Below are positions 40,581 to 53,544 of a stretch of 64,000 bases of DNA, piece after piece. How positions within the stretch are numbered: position 1 is the first letter of the stretch; the number at the start of each line of letters is the position of its first letter. This DNA comes from Eledone cirrhosa (Eukaryota), in assembly GCA_964016885.1 (NCBI GenBank), contig OZ024746.1, positions 90,334,001 through 90,398,000 of the forward strand, given 5' to 3'. The notes below the pieces were generated by a model. It worked only from the letters and a program-made list of their open reading frames with translations. It was not told the origin of the DNA and did not search any database. The translations under genes and the position numbers were made by a program.

Positions 40581-41468
40581 AGAAACCCAAAGCCTAATAA
40601 CCTGAAACTGTAACAAAATACTATAACATGCTGCATATGCAACTAAATATAATATATTCTAACACTGGGGAAAGAGCTATAATTTGGTAGTTGCCAAAGG
40701 TAGTTGCCATAGGTAGTTGCCAAATCTAGTTCTGGTTTTGCTAGAGGAAAGTCATATAATTTATGGAATTCGTGAACTAAAGAAGCGTTTCAAACAAATA
40801 CGTCATCTGCAATAGAGTTCACAAATTACGAAGAATTGAACAAAGCACGGAAATATATTCCTCGGTAATGGAATTAAGTGCTAACAGTAAGTTTATGTTA
40901 TAGTTTAGTGAGCAGTAACAAAGTCAAGTTGAATAAGTGAAACTATTGATTGACGATGTACTGTTTCTCTTGTCTATGAATTCACCAAAGCGCATTGTAC
41001 AGAATTTCTATGAACACATGATAAAATACAGTATACTTCCAGAAAATTGTGTCAGCAGAAATTACCCGTTTGAATTTCTTTAGTGTAGTAACCATATCAT
41101 TTTATAAAATACGATGCTTGAGTATCCTTAATATCTCTTATCTCACATAACTGTGCATGAAAATACATTTCAATTACTAAAATATTCATTTTATATATCA
41201 AGATGTGTTATTTTCTTTTTAAAACCAGGCTGTGTCCCCGGCATGGTTACAATCTAATTACTTAAGGGTGTATTGAATACACACAGATATAAATTTATTG
41301 CATATTTCAGCGGATTGGTGCACAATTTAATATATATTAAAATTATTTACCAGCATGAGCGTCAATAAAATGCAAATTAATGCGTCCATTTCAGTTATAC
41401 TACTATCAGTAATAGGGTATATAAGTCCTTCCGTTATGTATTTCTTTGTGGCTGCTTAGCTGTTGTAC

Positions 41469-41517
41469 ATATCTTCTGATGAGAACCCCAAAACGTTCGA
41501 AAGTTGATTAAAGATAT
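41469..41517 (+). ncRNA. Minimal type I hammerhead ribozyme with intact core
   Basis: atatctt-CTGATGA(41476-41482)-GAAC-cccaaaac-GTTC-GAAA(41499-41502)-gttgat-TA-aagatat; predicted cut after 41510. Confidence 0.75.
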
Positions 41518-41749
41518 TTACCATTTTTTTCTATTTACCAGGAAGTACATAATATATATATATATCTATATATATAGAGAGAGAGAGAGAGAAGGGGGGG
41601 GGGGAGAGAAGTCTAACTAAGTTTTAACAAGCCATGACTGATAATACTTCAAGTCAGTTTATAATACCTGAATCATTCAGTCAATGTTCATTGTATATAT
41701 CTATACTGTCACATGGTTTATCATCACCATCTCGCTTTTACGTATCTTT

Positions 41750-41940
41750 AGCAGTTTTACTGTGTCACACACTCCCTCCAGCGGGTGCTGTCAAAAGCAA
41801 CCTTCTCCAACTCATCCGACAGGATCCCCAAGCTCAGGGATGTTATTCAGTCATCTTGCTGGGGGGTCTACCCCTGGGTCTCCTGTCAGTTGCCCATAAA
41901 ATCTGCCCAGTTATTCTTTACTGAGATATTCTAAACACAT
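41750..41940 (-). mobile_element. Degenerate RTE-type 3' fragment
   Basis: Similar to 58155-58396 and 55760-56170. Confidence 0.55.
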
Positions 41941-41949
41941 TCTATAAAA

Positions 41950-44210
41950 CAGTGGTTCCGAATATTGTGTCCAGTGACCTGTAGAGTTCCACAGAAATAT
42001 TACTGGTGGCCCGGGAGCTATATTCGAAATTTCAAGAAGATGCAATATAAGATGTATAATTACTCGCGATAAACATAGAAAATTTCAAAATCGTTTCCAA
42101 AATCCGCAGAAATAGTCTTCTTTTTTATGCCATTTTAAACTGTTGTCTTAATTGTAATTATACTATTTTCCAAATCCTTTATTTAAGGTAATTTTATATT
42201 ACACAGTATAGCAACACTGGCCATATCATGGTTATTACAATACCTAATTGGTTGTCGATGACACCATAGGCAAATTTGGGATTATGTTGGTGGGCCAAAA
42301 TCCTCAGCTTGTTTTGTGAACATTATATTTTGGAACAGAAGGACGGGGAGGGGAATTGGCTGTATTGGGTAGAAGTCGGGCAAAATGTTTTGCAATATTT
42401 AGTTTCAACGTTCTGAGTTCGAATGCCACCGAGGTCAACTTTTCCTTTCATCCTTTGGGGATCGAAGAAATAAAACATTAGTCAAGTACTAGACTCGATT
42501 TAATTGATTTTCCCCTCCCACCATATTGCTGACCTTCTGCCTAAATTAGAAATAATTATATTTTGTAATGCTTTCTAGCATAGTTACGTCCCTTTACCGT
42601 CTGAGTTCAAATCCCGCCGAGGTTAACTTTGCCTTTCATCCTTACGGGGTCGATAAAATAAAGTACCAGTAATGTACTGGGTAATTGCTGGCCTTGTGCC
42701 TAAAGTAGAAACAATTATATTTTGTAATGGTGGATTGGCAGTATCGGTAGAGAGTCGGACGCCATGCTTTCCAGCATAGTTACGTCCCTTTACGATCTGA
42801 GTTCAAATCCCGCCGAGGTTAACTTTGCCTTTCATCCTTACGAGGTCGATAAAATAAAGTACCAGTATTGCACTGGGTAATTGCTGGCCTTGTGCCAAAA
42901 GTAGAAACAATTATATTTTGTAATATTTATTAAGAACGAAATTTAGTGTTTTAATTTTCAAATGCAAGCGTATTTTAGAAAAACAAGATAGCGTATCGTA
43001 TCTACGCTTACATATTACAGTAAAAGAAATACAAGTTTGCTAAATATAACTTATAACATATTTTCTTAAAATGATTTATGTGTTTATAGATGAAACTCAC
43101 AATCGAAGTACCATAGGTCCGGAAATTTATAAACGTTCATAGAATATCGACTTTCGACAAGGTCATACCATACATTAGAAATGTTCTGTGTGTACACTGA
43201 CATCCAAACATTAAACAGCTCATACCAGTATGCATAGCTTATGTATCTGTATGATTTGTTTAGTAACTACATCAGTGAGAAAATTTCATGTTATACACTG
43301 ATAATTATGAATGAAAAACTGGAAGCGTGTTAAAATGAAAAAATAGTGATACTTAAAGGAAGACGTAACATATTCAAATGAAAACTACTGACTCGTCAAT
43401 CAAAACAGAAAAACTGTAAATATTTTGATGAATACATGTCCTTTGCATTTATATGCCGAGGCCGTGAAGGTGAACAGAAGCCACAAGGTGTCCTCTGTTA
43501 TGAAATATTCTTCAATGAAATATGAAACTAGCCAAACTTCTCTGGTATTTAGATACAAAACATAAAGAATACATCAACAAAGCTACTGAATATTTTTAAA
43601 GAATATGGCGAGAAATGTTTTCAAAACAAAATTCAATAGAAAAAATAACAATTGGCTGTGATAAAAAATAATTCTGTTTTTGCTTCGTATGATGTGTCTC
43701 TTTTAACAGTACTAGAGAAATACGACACACAATAATAGAAGAACTAATTCTACCTGCTATTAAAGCAATTGCCTTTAGAATGCATGGAGACAAAGTTGCA
43801 AGGAATTATATGATTTCATTATCTAATACCAATGTAAAGTGGCTAATAGAAAGCATGTTTCATTATATTAAAAATCAGCTAGTGAACAAAGTACTTAAAA
43901 GTCAATATTATTCTCTTCAACTAGATAAAAGTATGGATGCTTCAAACAGTTGCTCATTTGCTTGCATTCATACGATATGAAGTTCATGGTGCAATTAGAG
44001 ACGATTTTTCTGGGATTTTCTTTTTCAATCATTGCCTACAAGTACTACCAGAGTCTATAATCAATCGATTAAATGATTCCATAACTACAAATAAAATTAG
44101 GTGATTAAAATGTGTAGGAATCATTACTGATGAATCTCTTGCAATATCGAGAATATATAGAGACTTCAAGGCAAATGTTTCAGTGATAATACCAAATGAC
44201 CAATCAAACC
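41950..44210 (+). mobile_element. Buster/Charlie-type hAT DNA transposon remnant (transposase pseudogene ~43400-44200) interrupted by SINEs
   Basis: CAGTGGTTCC terminus at 41950; YFDEYMSFAF...KPQGVLCYE...LDTKH, EELILPA, SLSNTNV, YSLQLDKSMD, CVGIITD. Confidence 0.75.
42350..42910 (+). mobile_element. Three tandem SINEs (42350-42555, 42570-42713, 42729-42910)
   Basis: Each is followed by the identical 15-mer attatattttgtaat. Confidence 0.92.
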
Positions 44211-44439
44211 ATTCCTCCATATATGAAAATGATGTATTCCCTGTTGATTTCAACGATAAGCATTCAGTTGTTCTATCAACTCAACGTTCAATTCGTAAGT
44301 TAACGTGTAAATGGTTGAGTATTCCACAAACACGTACCCTTGGCGTAGTTCCCAAACCAAATCAACGTGAAGTTATATGTTACTTGGTTGGATGTTTAAA
44401 TTCCACATTTTCAGTTTCTTTGATTTCATTCACAAGTCT

Positions 44440-44537
44440 TAGCTCTACCCGAAATACTTGGTGAAGATGCCATACAGTGGGATTGAACCGGAGATATCAT
44501 CATAGCTAAGTGAACTTCTTAACCACTCTGCCATGTC
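44440..44537 (-). mobile_element. Degenerate tRNA-headed SINE of a second family
   Basis: Minus strand tggcagagtggttaag...ggttcaatccc (A and B boxes). Confidence 0.55.
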
Positions 44538-44799
44538 AACGTAGGAGACCATTTGTATCAAGAAAGATTCCAGTAAAATTGAGGTAGGTATTAAACTCAA
44601 CCACCATCTCTGGTCTGCCGCTTACCCTGAATAATTGTGCAAAGTTCTGCGGGAACACCGCACATAACTAGTTAGAATCGAATAACACAAAAAACACCTG
44701 TAAAATACCGATCTGTAAACTACTTTATTGTAACTGGTTACCACGTCATACTTCTGCCACTCAGGTCCATCTGACGGCTTTCGTTGCTTCTTGTTTTAG

Positions 44800-45390
44800 A
44801 GAAAGCTATTTAATTTTCAAAACACATTTTGCGTTTTGCGTAGGAGAATTGATCAAGAGCCAGTCTCGCTGCAAGCATTTTGGATACAATGTCTTTACTT
44901 ATAGTTTCTTCTGATTTGCCCCTTATAACCCACCCACCCCTACCCCCGTCATTATTTTTCTTTATCAATATGTATTTACTAAATCTTAACGATTCTATTC
45001 TAATCTCTCTCTTTCGATAATGCCGCAACCAGTGTTTGATGATTTCCACCACTGCCCGCGTCAATTTGCTGCCAAACTAGTTTACTAATCTACTTCTGTG
45101 TAAGATTGACGTGTCGGGAATGATGCATTCAGTTTCAAGTAGCCGGATCCATACCTATGAGTCTTATATAGGTCAATCGAGAAGATTACAGATATATGGC
45201 CAGTGGAATCGACCAGTCGAAATTCTGTTGACTTAACGAATCTGTACTCTATATAGATATGATTTGGATTCTCCAATGCGGTTGAACCGTTACACATTCG
45301 GGATATCCAGTAGATATCTATCAGACATTTGGAATTGTCGGAGCAAGTTTGCGAGGCTTTACACACCCAATCCTATCGGCCAGCCCTAGC
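44800..45390 (-). mobile_element. Degenerate L1/Tx1-type fragment (APE end joined to RT start)
   Basis: GHISVIFSIDLYKTHRYGSGYLKLNAS resembles SDHKLVTCVVNLDKTHRQRPGYWKLNLS; IVSKMLAARLAL resembles ILAKVLAKRLAL. Confidence 0.65.
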
Positions 45391-46121
45391 CAATCTGCAG
45401 GTATGTTTAAAATGTCATTCCAATACCCAATTAGCACACGAAAAACTTGTAGGATTCTAAAAATATCAGACCAACCTTTTCTGTTGGAACACACATAACC
45501 ACTACTCTGGTGACACTACCTTCACTGCTGCTCATATCCAATACCATCAACTTAATGTTAGATCTAGGAAGAAAGTCTGTATTTCGAGATCCATATCAGC
45601 AACAGCCCTGCTACTCTACCTCCACGATTGAGGGTAACTAAGTGATAAACACACATCGAAGTCGTCACGCGAATGCGCAAGACACGGAAAACGTGGTCTC
45701 GCTAAAGGCTACCAGATCTATCAAGAGAGCTGAGAACATCGAACAGATGTTTCGTTTCCAAGATGACCCAATGCTATGTACATATTGGTCAAGGTACAGC
45801 AATGCTGGTCTGAAAAACAAAGAGTTAGAGGAAAGATGACTTATTTTTTTATATACAATACATTGAATATACTACTTTTTGAGAACAGTTTTACTTAATT
45901 TTACTTCAGTCTATCTGATCTAATCTATATGACTATTTTCAGTGGGGGCTGAAAGCTAAAACCATGTTTGTTACTTGTTATGATTCAAAAACAGTAATTA
46001 TTTGTGTGTTTGTGCTTGTGTGTGTGAGTCTGTTTCTATGTGCATGTGTGTGTTTCTGTGTGTATGTGTGTGTGTGTGTGTTTCTTTGTGTATGTGTGTG
46101 TGTGCTTCTGTGTGTATGTAT

Positions 46122-46702
46122 ATCATCGTCATCATCCTCATCACCGTTTTACGTCCATTCATCCACGCTAGCATGGGTTAGACGGGTTGTCCTGTTGTGG
46201 GCAATGCCAGGTCGGGTGACCTTGCCATGCTCATACGGGAACTGATTTTGGCTTGATTTCTACAGCTGGATGCCCTTCCTAACACCAACCTTATTTACTG
46301 TGAGTGCTGGGTGGTTTTTTACCGTGGCGCCTACACAACTACTTTACAGTGTGGGCTGGGGGATTTTTGTTGTGACACCTCCACGACCACTTTGCAGTGG
46401 GTGGGGTTGAGGGAAAATTGTCTATATGCTTCAGCTTCGGCTTGTTCCCGTGGGAAGTCGGGTCTTCTGTATTACTGCGTGACGCCAGAGGTCACGGTCC
46501 AGTGTCATCGTCTTTTGGAGGTGCAATTGGGCAAGGTCAGCTTTAATCACCTCATCCCAGGTCTTCTTGGGTCTCCCCACTCTATGGCTTCGATCGACTT
46601 TTAGTGCTCTGCACCTTTTCCTGCAGCTGTCATCCTTCATACGCATCACTTGTCCATACCAACGCAACCTCCGCTGTATTACTGCGTGACGCCAGAGGTC
46701 AC
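46122..46702 (-). mobile_element. RTE-type LINE 3' end with (GAT)n tail
   Basis: LRWYGQVMRM...GRPKKTWDEVIKADL...DRDLWR; 3' UTR gttaggaagggcatccagctgtagaaa. Confidence 0.88.
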
Positions 46703-47497
46703 TATACTACTATTACACCCAACGGTGTAAATCCGGATAGTGCGTTCTCTGGTGTGTAGAATCCCAGGCGCATGGTGGTGATATTCTAATATTAGTCTAT
46801 GACTATATGTGTTGTAAATTAATTCAACAAAACTCTCTCCTTTTTTTATTTCGTCTTTATTTTAGTGATGTGAACTCAATCACCTCACTGTTGCTTTTGT
46901 ATACAATAGTTAAGTAGATGTTATTTCTATTTTATTTATTTATTTTGGGGGGGCATTGCACTGTTTTGTTTATTTGTTTTGTTTTGTTTTTTGTTTGTTT
47001 TTTTTGTTCTTTTTTTGGCGGGGGGGGGGGGGGGGGGGGCTTTTGTTATTTTGTTTCTTTTTTTCTGGCTTTGCTCGTGACTGTGTTTTCCTGTTCCTGC
47101 TGTTGCTGCTGCTTCTGCTTCTGCTGCTGCTGCTGCTGCTGTTGTTGTCTATTTAGCCACAAGGAAATTGATGACAGAAATAGTTTAGAAAGAATATTAT
47201 TGTGACACTAGATTAAAGTTGAACTAAATGGCAAGAAAGAAAAAAAACGATAATAGATGTAAATATTCTAGCTGTCCAAATAATAAGCTATAAGTGTAAC
47301 TTCCTCAACTTGGCGCTCAGGGAATTAAGAAGAAAGGAGAGAAAAACTATCAAAATAATAACTGCAATTGGAATACATCTCTCAATATCTGACATAGAAG
47401 GGTTATAGTTACCACGAATACAGAGAGATAGGAGCCTTCTACAACTAGAAAATTGGTTATAAAATATCTGTCGCATAACTAAAATATATCGGTCGCT

Positions 47498-47700
47498 CTC
47501 TTCTGGAGTCCTTGACCCTAGGACCACCTGCCAACTCACCACTATCGGCACAGAATTGGCTAACCGCAGGTGTGAACCTCACGAACTGGAATGACTCTGC
47601 CAACGCGTCTCCTTCACCATCGTCCGAGGCAACGCTTTCTCTATTCTCCCCGCCGGGTTCGCGGGGAAGCCAGCACGTGAGCTCCCATTTGCATATAATA
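47498..47700 (+). mobile_element. CRE-type RLE element C-terminal fragment
   Basis: SGVLDPRTTCQLTTIGTELANRRCEPHELE*LCQRVSFTIVRGNAFSIL. Confidence 0.75.
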
Positions 47701-49272
47701 GTGAGCGGTGGGGGAGCTAGAGAGACGGGGGCAATGAGTGAAAGAGAGATAACATCAACGCACACACACACTTGATAAGACAACGATAGATGTTATATTG
47801 AGTTAGATAGTTTTACTAAAATATAACTTGTGGAAAACATACAAATATCTACAAAATACGAACAAAAGATTACTTTATTATTGTTGTCTTCAATGAACTA
47901 ATGAATATAAAATAGGCTGATATAACAGATAGCTGCGGGGGAGAAAGATGTAACAAGAACAGAAATTGACTTTTTTCCTTTTAATAAAAGCTAAAACCTA
48001 AATTGAAAACGGAGCTACAGTTTGTCCTGTTAAAACGATGGTAAGAAAGTACCCTGCAGGGCGAAGAACTGATAAAAATGAACAGAAAATAGATCTTTTT
48101 AAATCACAGAATTAGCTGGGAAGCGCACAAAATTGAACCCTAACTAGTTTACTAACCTTTTCAGATAAAGTACCAAAAACATATGCGACAAACAGTAAAT
48201 ATCTACAAGGTATGTGAAGGATATGAACATACATTATTGCTTTTTGGCTGCCCCAAAATACATATACAAGCATAATAGAGTTTGTGTCCTCATATACTGG
48301 AAATTATGAGGGATACCGACAGAATAAAGATTGTATCAGCAAAGAACCCTGAATAAGTGACAAAGTGGCAAAACGCTGGGATGTGCTAGCAAGCACAGGC
48401 AGGGATAGCAAGGCAAATCAACTGAATATTGTTTCTTTAAACATCAAGAGATGGAATGTCTTGCAACAGACGATAATGTATCTCTTAAGAAAATTAAGAT
48501 ATTAGCCAAATATAATGTGAATACAAATTAGATAGAGAAAAATAAATAACTAAACTCCAATACTTATACATAACATTCCCAAAATAGTATTACTAGACAC
48601 TGCACAGAAATTACGAGGAATTACTTTTAATGCCATGTGATGTGGAGTGACTGTTCCAACGCATCTCCCTCGCCGTCCTTTGGGGCAATGTATTCTCCAG
48701 CTTGTGGGTCGGGCGTCACTTTCACACGTGTATTGAGTGCCTTTTTAACTGTTCTATAAATAACATTACAAATGAGGATCAGTTAAAAGATGAAGTGGCC
48801 ACGAGTTCAGATGGTTCGTTTTTGGTTTCCTCATCATATTGCAGTTTCAGATACAGTGGTCTTATTCGCCTGTCACCAATCTGGTATTTTCTCAAACCTG
48901 CGAAAGCTAGGCTTTTTTAGAGGCGACCTTTACTCGCCTCGTCGTAGCTATGTCACTGGCTTATGAGAGTTTTCTTGGGAGCCGCAGGTGTCACCCATTG
49001 CTCCATCTCCCCTAGTAGATTACCTCTGTTGGTCCGAGGTTGCTTATTTGTCCGGCAGTTGCCCACTTATATCGCAACTAGCCATCGTATCTGGTGGCCA
49101 CATCGTTATCCGCCACCTGCGATCCGTTCTCTAGCAGACGGATATCTAATTTAATCATAAACTTTTAATGCCATAGGATACAAAATACTGCAAGTAGCAA
49201 ACCCCCGTAGAGCTGCTTTCAGTTGTGCAACAGAAGTACGCAATAAAATAAGGCAGCTTAAATAATAATAAT

Positions 49273-49362
49273 TGTTTCTACTTTAGGCACAAGGCCAGCA
49301 ATTACCCAGTGCATTACTGGTACTTTATTTTATCGACCCCGTTAGGATGAAAGGCAAAGTCA
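49273..49362 (-). mobile_element. 5'-truncated SINE with 18-bp TSD
   Basis: agcttaaataataataat at 49255-49272 and 49363-49380. Confidence 0.9.
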
Positions 49363-50231
49363 AGCTTAAATAATAATAATAAAATACAAAAAGGGTCAAA
49401 GGAGAAAAATAAATAAAACAAGAGAGCATTGATAATAAATATAAATTACCATCTTCAGAAAGCTTAGAGATATCGGTGGAACAATATAAATGGATTAAAA
49501 GATTCGAAGGAATCAGGAAGAATTATGGTGAAAAATTACCCTCATTAAGAGAGATTATTCTTACTAGTAAGAACATTTAATGATATCCTACAAACGATAG
49601 GAGAAAATAATACCGCAGTTACCAATGTACAGTTGCATTGTAGAGCTGCACTAATAATCGTGTTGCTGAGCCCCAGGTCAGCTCTGATTGTGCAAACATA
49701 TGATCATAAGAATTCCTAAGAATTTCAGTCTTGTCTATTTGTATATTTCAGTATCTATTGTCACCTCCTTTGTCTATGATGATGTGAACGCAACATCAAG
49801 AAAACTGGTGATTTTCGGATTCATTATCTTGTTACAGTAGACCCACATTTGCTTGTAATAGAGATGTGGATAGTGTGAGAGACATAGTCAGTGACAGTGG
49901 GAGTTTGGTTCCATTGTGTTCTGATCTGGTGTATATGTATATAGTTATTTACCACACGACATTAATACTTATATCTGTTCTGTAATATGTAATATAGATA
50001 CAATCAAATATGATAGATGGCGAATGGTGCGAAATATATAAAAGAAAGCGAATCATGAAATATTGAAAACTGTTTGAACTTATCAGACTAAGGAAACTAA
50101 CTCTACGACATGTGAATGAAACGATTTTAAAAAATGATATTTCAATCCAAAATATAACGTTATCTACTGTATCGTTGAAAAAGGAAAGTACTCGTAGATG
50201 AAACGATTTAATAAAACATTATTCTAATACT

Positions 50232-50350
50232 GGGAGTCTGAATTCAAATCCCGCCGAGGTTAACTTTGCCTTTCATCCTCACGGGGTCGATAAAATAAAG
50301 TACCAGTAATGTGCTGGGTAATTGCTGGCCTTGTGCCTAAAGTAGAAACA
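50232..50350 (+). mobile_element. 5'-truncated SINE with 14-bp TSD
   Basis: attattctaatact at 50218-50231 and 50351-50364. Confidence 0.9.
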
Positions 50351-50419
50351 ATTATTCTAATACTCTAATACTGGACAAATCTTTAATTAACCATTGAATT
50401 TAATCATTGAAAGACTTCA

Positions 50420-50670
50420 CAGAGTGAGTAAAAGTTATCCCTGGTGTGAGAGAAGCATTGGGAATAACACCGATACGGCTGTTCAAGATATCATTGAGAG
50501 ATATTGGAATTGACAGCCATATAGAAGAGTGGCAGAATATATCTTCTCTGTTGTACGGAAATCTTTGGCAAAGCTCTTGGGAGCAAAGTAGACTTCTTAT
50601 CGCTATCACAGGAAACATATTTCCATTCTTCCATTCACGTAGCGAGTGTAGAACTTTCATACAATTATAA
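50420..50670 (+). mobile_element. Degenerate R4-type RLE C-terminus
   Basis: VKVIPGVREALGITPIRL...LRDIGI..HIEEWQ resembles VIPIVIGALG. Confidence 0.55.
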
Positions 50671-50699
50671 TATGTAGAAGATTGTGTTTGGTGATGAGC

Positions 50700-51180
50700 A
50701 GTTGTCTTTGTTGTTGTTGTTGGTGTTGTTGTCGTTGCTGTTGCTGTTGCTGCTGTGTCGCTGCTGCTTCTGCTGCTGTTGATGTTGGTGTTGTTTTGTT
50801 GCTGCTGTTGCTGTTGTTGATGTTGGTGTTGTTTTGTTGCTGCTGTTGTGGCTGTTGTCGCTGCTGTCACTGCTGCTGCTGTTGATGTTGGTGTTGTTTT
50901 GTTGCTGCTGTTGCTGTTGTTGATGTTGGTGTTGTTTTGTTGCTGCTGTTGCTGCTGTTGTCGCTGCTGTCACTGCTGCTGCTGTTGGTGTTGGTGTTGT
51001 TTTGTTGCTGCTGTTGCTGTTGTTGTTGTTGGTGTTGTTTTGTTGCTGCTGTTGCTGCTGTTGTCGCTGCTGTCACTGCTGCTGCTGTTGATGTTGGTGT
51101 TGTTTTGTTGCTGCTGTTGCTGTTGCTGCTGTTGTCACTGCTGCTGCTGTTGATGTTGGTGTTGTTGTGGCTGCTGCTAT

Positions 51181-51215
<35 letters not shown>

Positions 51216-51352
51216 ATGTTGGTGTTGTTTTGTTGCTGCTGTTGCTGTTGCTGCTGTTGTCGCTGCTGCTGCTATGGTTGTTGTTGTTATTGTTGTTATT
51301 GCTGTTGATGCTGTTGTTGCTGTTGTTGTTACTGTTGTTGTTTTATTGCTGT
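50700..51352. repeat. (GTT/GCT) compound trinucleotide minisatellite
   Basis: Direct inspection. Confidence 0.93.
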
Positions 51353-51394
51353 TCAGACGTCACTTCCACACATGTATTGAGTGTATTATTGAAT

Positions 51395-51906
51395 GGCAGT
51401 ATCGGTAGAGGGACTGACGCCATGCTTTGCAGCAAAAGAGTTACGTCCCTTTATGGTTTGAGTTCAAACCCCGCCGAGGTAAACTTTGCCATTCATCCTT
51501 ACGGGGTCGGTAAAATAAAGTACCAGTAATGCACTGGGATAATTGCTGGCCTTGTGCCAAAAGTAGAAACAATTATTGAATTCTGAGTTCAAATCCTGCC
51601 GTGGCTAGCTTAGCCTTTCATCTTTACGTGGTCGAGAAAATAAAGTACCAGTAATGCACTGGGATAATTGCTGGCCTTGTGCCAAAAGTAGAAACAATTA
51701 TTGAATTCATTCATTTCATATGATTGATAATTGTTTCTTCCTTTGGCACAATGCCAGCAATACCCAGTACATTACTGGTACTTTATTTTATCGACCCCTT
51801 AAGGATGAAAGGCAAAGTGAACCTCGGCGGGATTTGAATTCAGACCGTAAAGGGACGTAACTATGCTGGAAAGCAAGGCGTCCGACTCTCTACCGATACT
51901 GCCAAT
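51395..51906. mobile_element. SINE cluster: 51395-51571(+), 51582-51696(+), 51730-51906(-)
   Basis: Family match; attattgaat occurs three times. Confidence 0.92.
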
Positions 51907-52018
51907 TTGATAATGTATATATTATACAACACATCATATTTAGTTACCACTCTTTACTTTCTCTCTTCAAATCCCGCCTTATATATTCTGTCATTGTTGG
52001 TTAAATAAAGTACAAGTT

Positions 52019-53544
52019 AAAAACCGGGGTCGATGTAGTCGACATCCATGCCACCCAAAAACCGGGGTCGATGTGGTCGACATCCATGCCACCCAAAAAC
52101 CGGGGTCGATGTAGTCGACATCCATGCCACCCAAAAACCGGGGTCGATGTGGTCGACATCCATGCCACCCAAAAACCGGGGTCGATGTAGTCGACATCCA
52201 TGCCACCCAAAAACCGGGGTCGATGTAGTCGACATCCATGCCACCCAAAAACCGGGGTCGATGTGGTCGACATCCATGCCACCCAAAAACCGGGGTCGAT
52301 GTAGTCGACATCCATGCCACCCAAAAACCGGGGTCGATGTGGTCGACATCCATGCCACCCAAAAACCGGGGTCGATGTAGTCGACATCCATGCCACCCAA
52401 AAACCGGGGTCGATGTAGTCGACATCCATGCCACCCAAAAACCGGGGTCGATGTAGTCGACATCCATGCCACCCAAAAACCGGGGTCGATGTGGTCGACA
52501 TCCATGCCACCCAAAAACCGGGGTCGATGTGGTCGACATCCATGCCACCCAAAAACCGGGGTCGATGTAGTCGACATCCATGCCACCCAAAAACCGGGGT
52601 CGATGTGGTCGACATCCATGCCACCCAAAAACCGGGGTCGATGTAGTCGACATCCATGCCACCCAAAAACCGGGGTCGATGTGGCCGACATCCATGCCAC
52701 CCAAAAACCGGGGTCGATGTAGTCGACATCCATGCCACCCAAAAACCGGGGTCGATGTAGTCGACATCCATGCCACCCAAAAACCGGGGTCGATGTAGTC
52801 GACATCCATGCCACCCAAAAACCGGGGTCGATGTAGTCGACATCCATGCCACCCAAAAACCGGGGTCGATGTAGTCGACATCCATGCCACCCAAAAACCG
52901 GGGTCGATGTGGCCGACATCCATGCCACCCAAAAACCGGGGTCGATGTGGTCGACATCCATGCCACCCAAAAACCGGGGTCGATGTAGTCGACATCCATG
53001 CCACCCAAAAACCGGGGTCGATGTGGCCGACATCCATGCCACCCAAAAACCGGGGTCGATGTAGTCGACATCCATGCCACCCAAAAACCGGGGTCGATGT
53101 AGTCGACATCCATGCCACCCAAAAACCGGGGTCGATGTAGTCGACATCCATGCCACCCAAAAACCGGGGTCGATGTAGTCGACATCCATGCCACCCAAAA
53201 ACCGGGGTCGATGTAGTCGACATCCATGCCACCCAAAAACCGGGGTCGATGTGGTCGACATCCATGCCACCCAAAAACCGGGGTCGATGTGGTCGACATC
53301 CATGCCACCCAAAAACCGGGGTCGATGTAGTCGACATCCATGCCACCCAAAAACCGGGGTCGATGTGGCCGACATCCATGCCACCCAAAAACCGGGGTCG
53401 ATGTGGTCGACATCCATGCCACCCAAAAACCGGGGTCGATGTGGTCGACATCCATGCCACCCAAAAACCGGGGTCGATGTGGCCGACATCCATGCCACCC
53501 AAAAACCGGGGTCGATGTAGTCGACATCCATGCCACCCAAAAAC
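52019..53544 (+). repeat. Minisatellite, 40 x 38 bp AAAAACCGGGGTCGATGT(A/G)G(T/C)CGACATCCATGCCACCC, embedded in a SINE tail
   Basis: Exact 38-bp period; flanks aaataaagtacaagtt and gatggccttatgcctgattagaaa match the SINE 3' region. Confidence 0.97.

Noticed and set aside
42729-42815. tRNA genes
   Set aside because: The A/B boxes belong to SINE heads that continue into SINE body and tail; there is no complete cloverleaf.
44125-44150. CTGATGA hammerhead core
   Set aside because: It lies in transposase coding remnant (ITDES) with no GAAA or stem III partner.
48040-48640. Possible very degenerate R4 C-terminal remnant
   Set aside because: Only scattered motif similarity, too decayed to call.
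50400-51529. Poly-Q/T/C ORFs, and the D/N-rich ORF at 56328-56711
   Set aside because: Trinucleotide minisatellite translations with no splice or domain evidence.
52019-53544. CRISPR-like array (38-bp palindromic repeat) and 500-aa ORFs in all three minus frames
   Set aside because: There are no unique spacers and no cas genes, and the context is eukaryotic. The ORFs arise because the unit has no stop codon on that strand.
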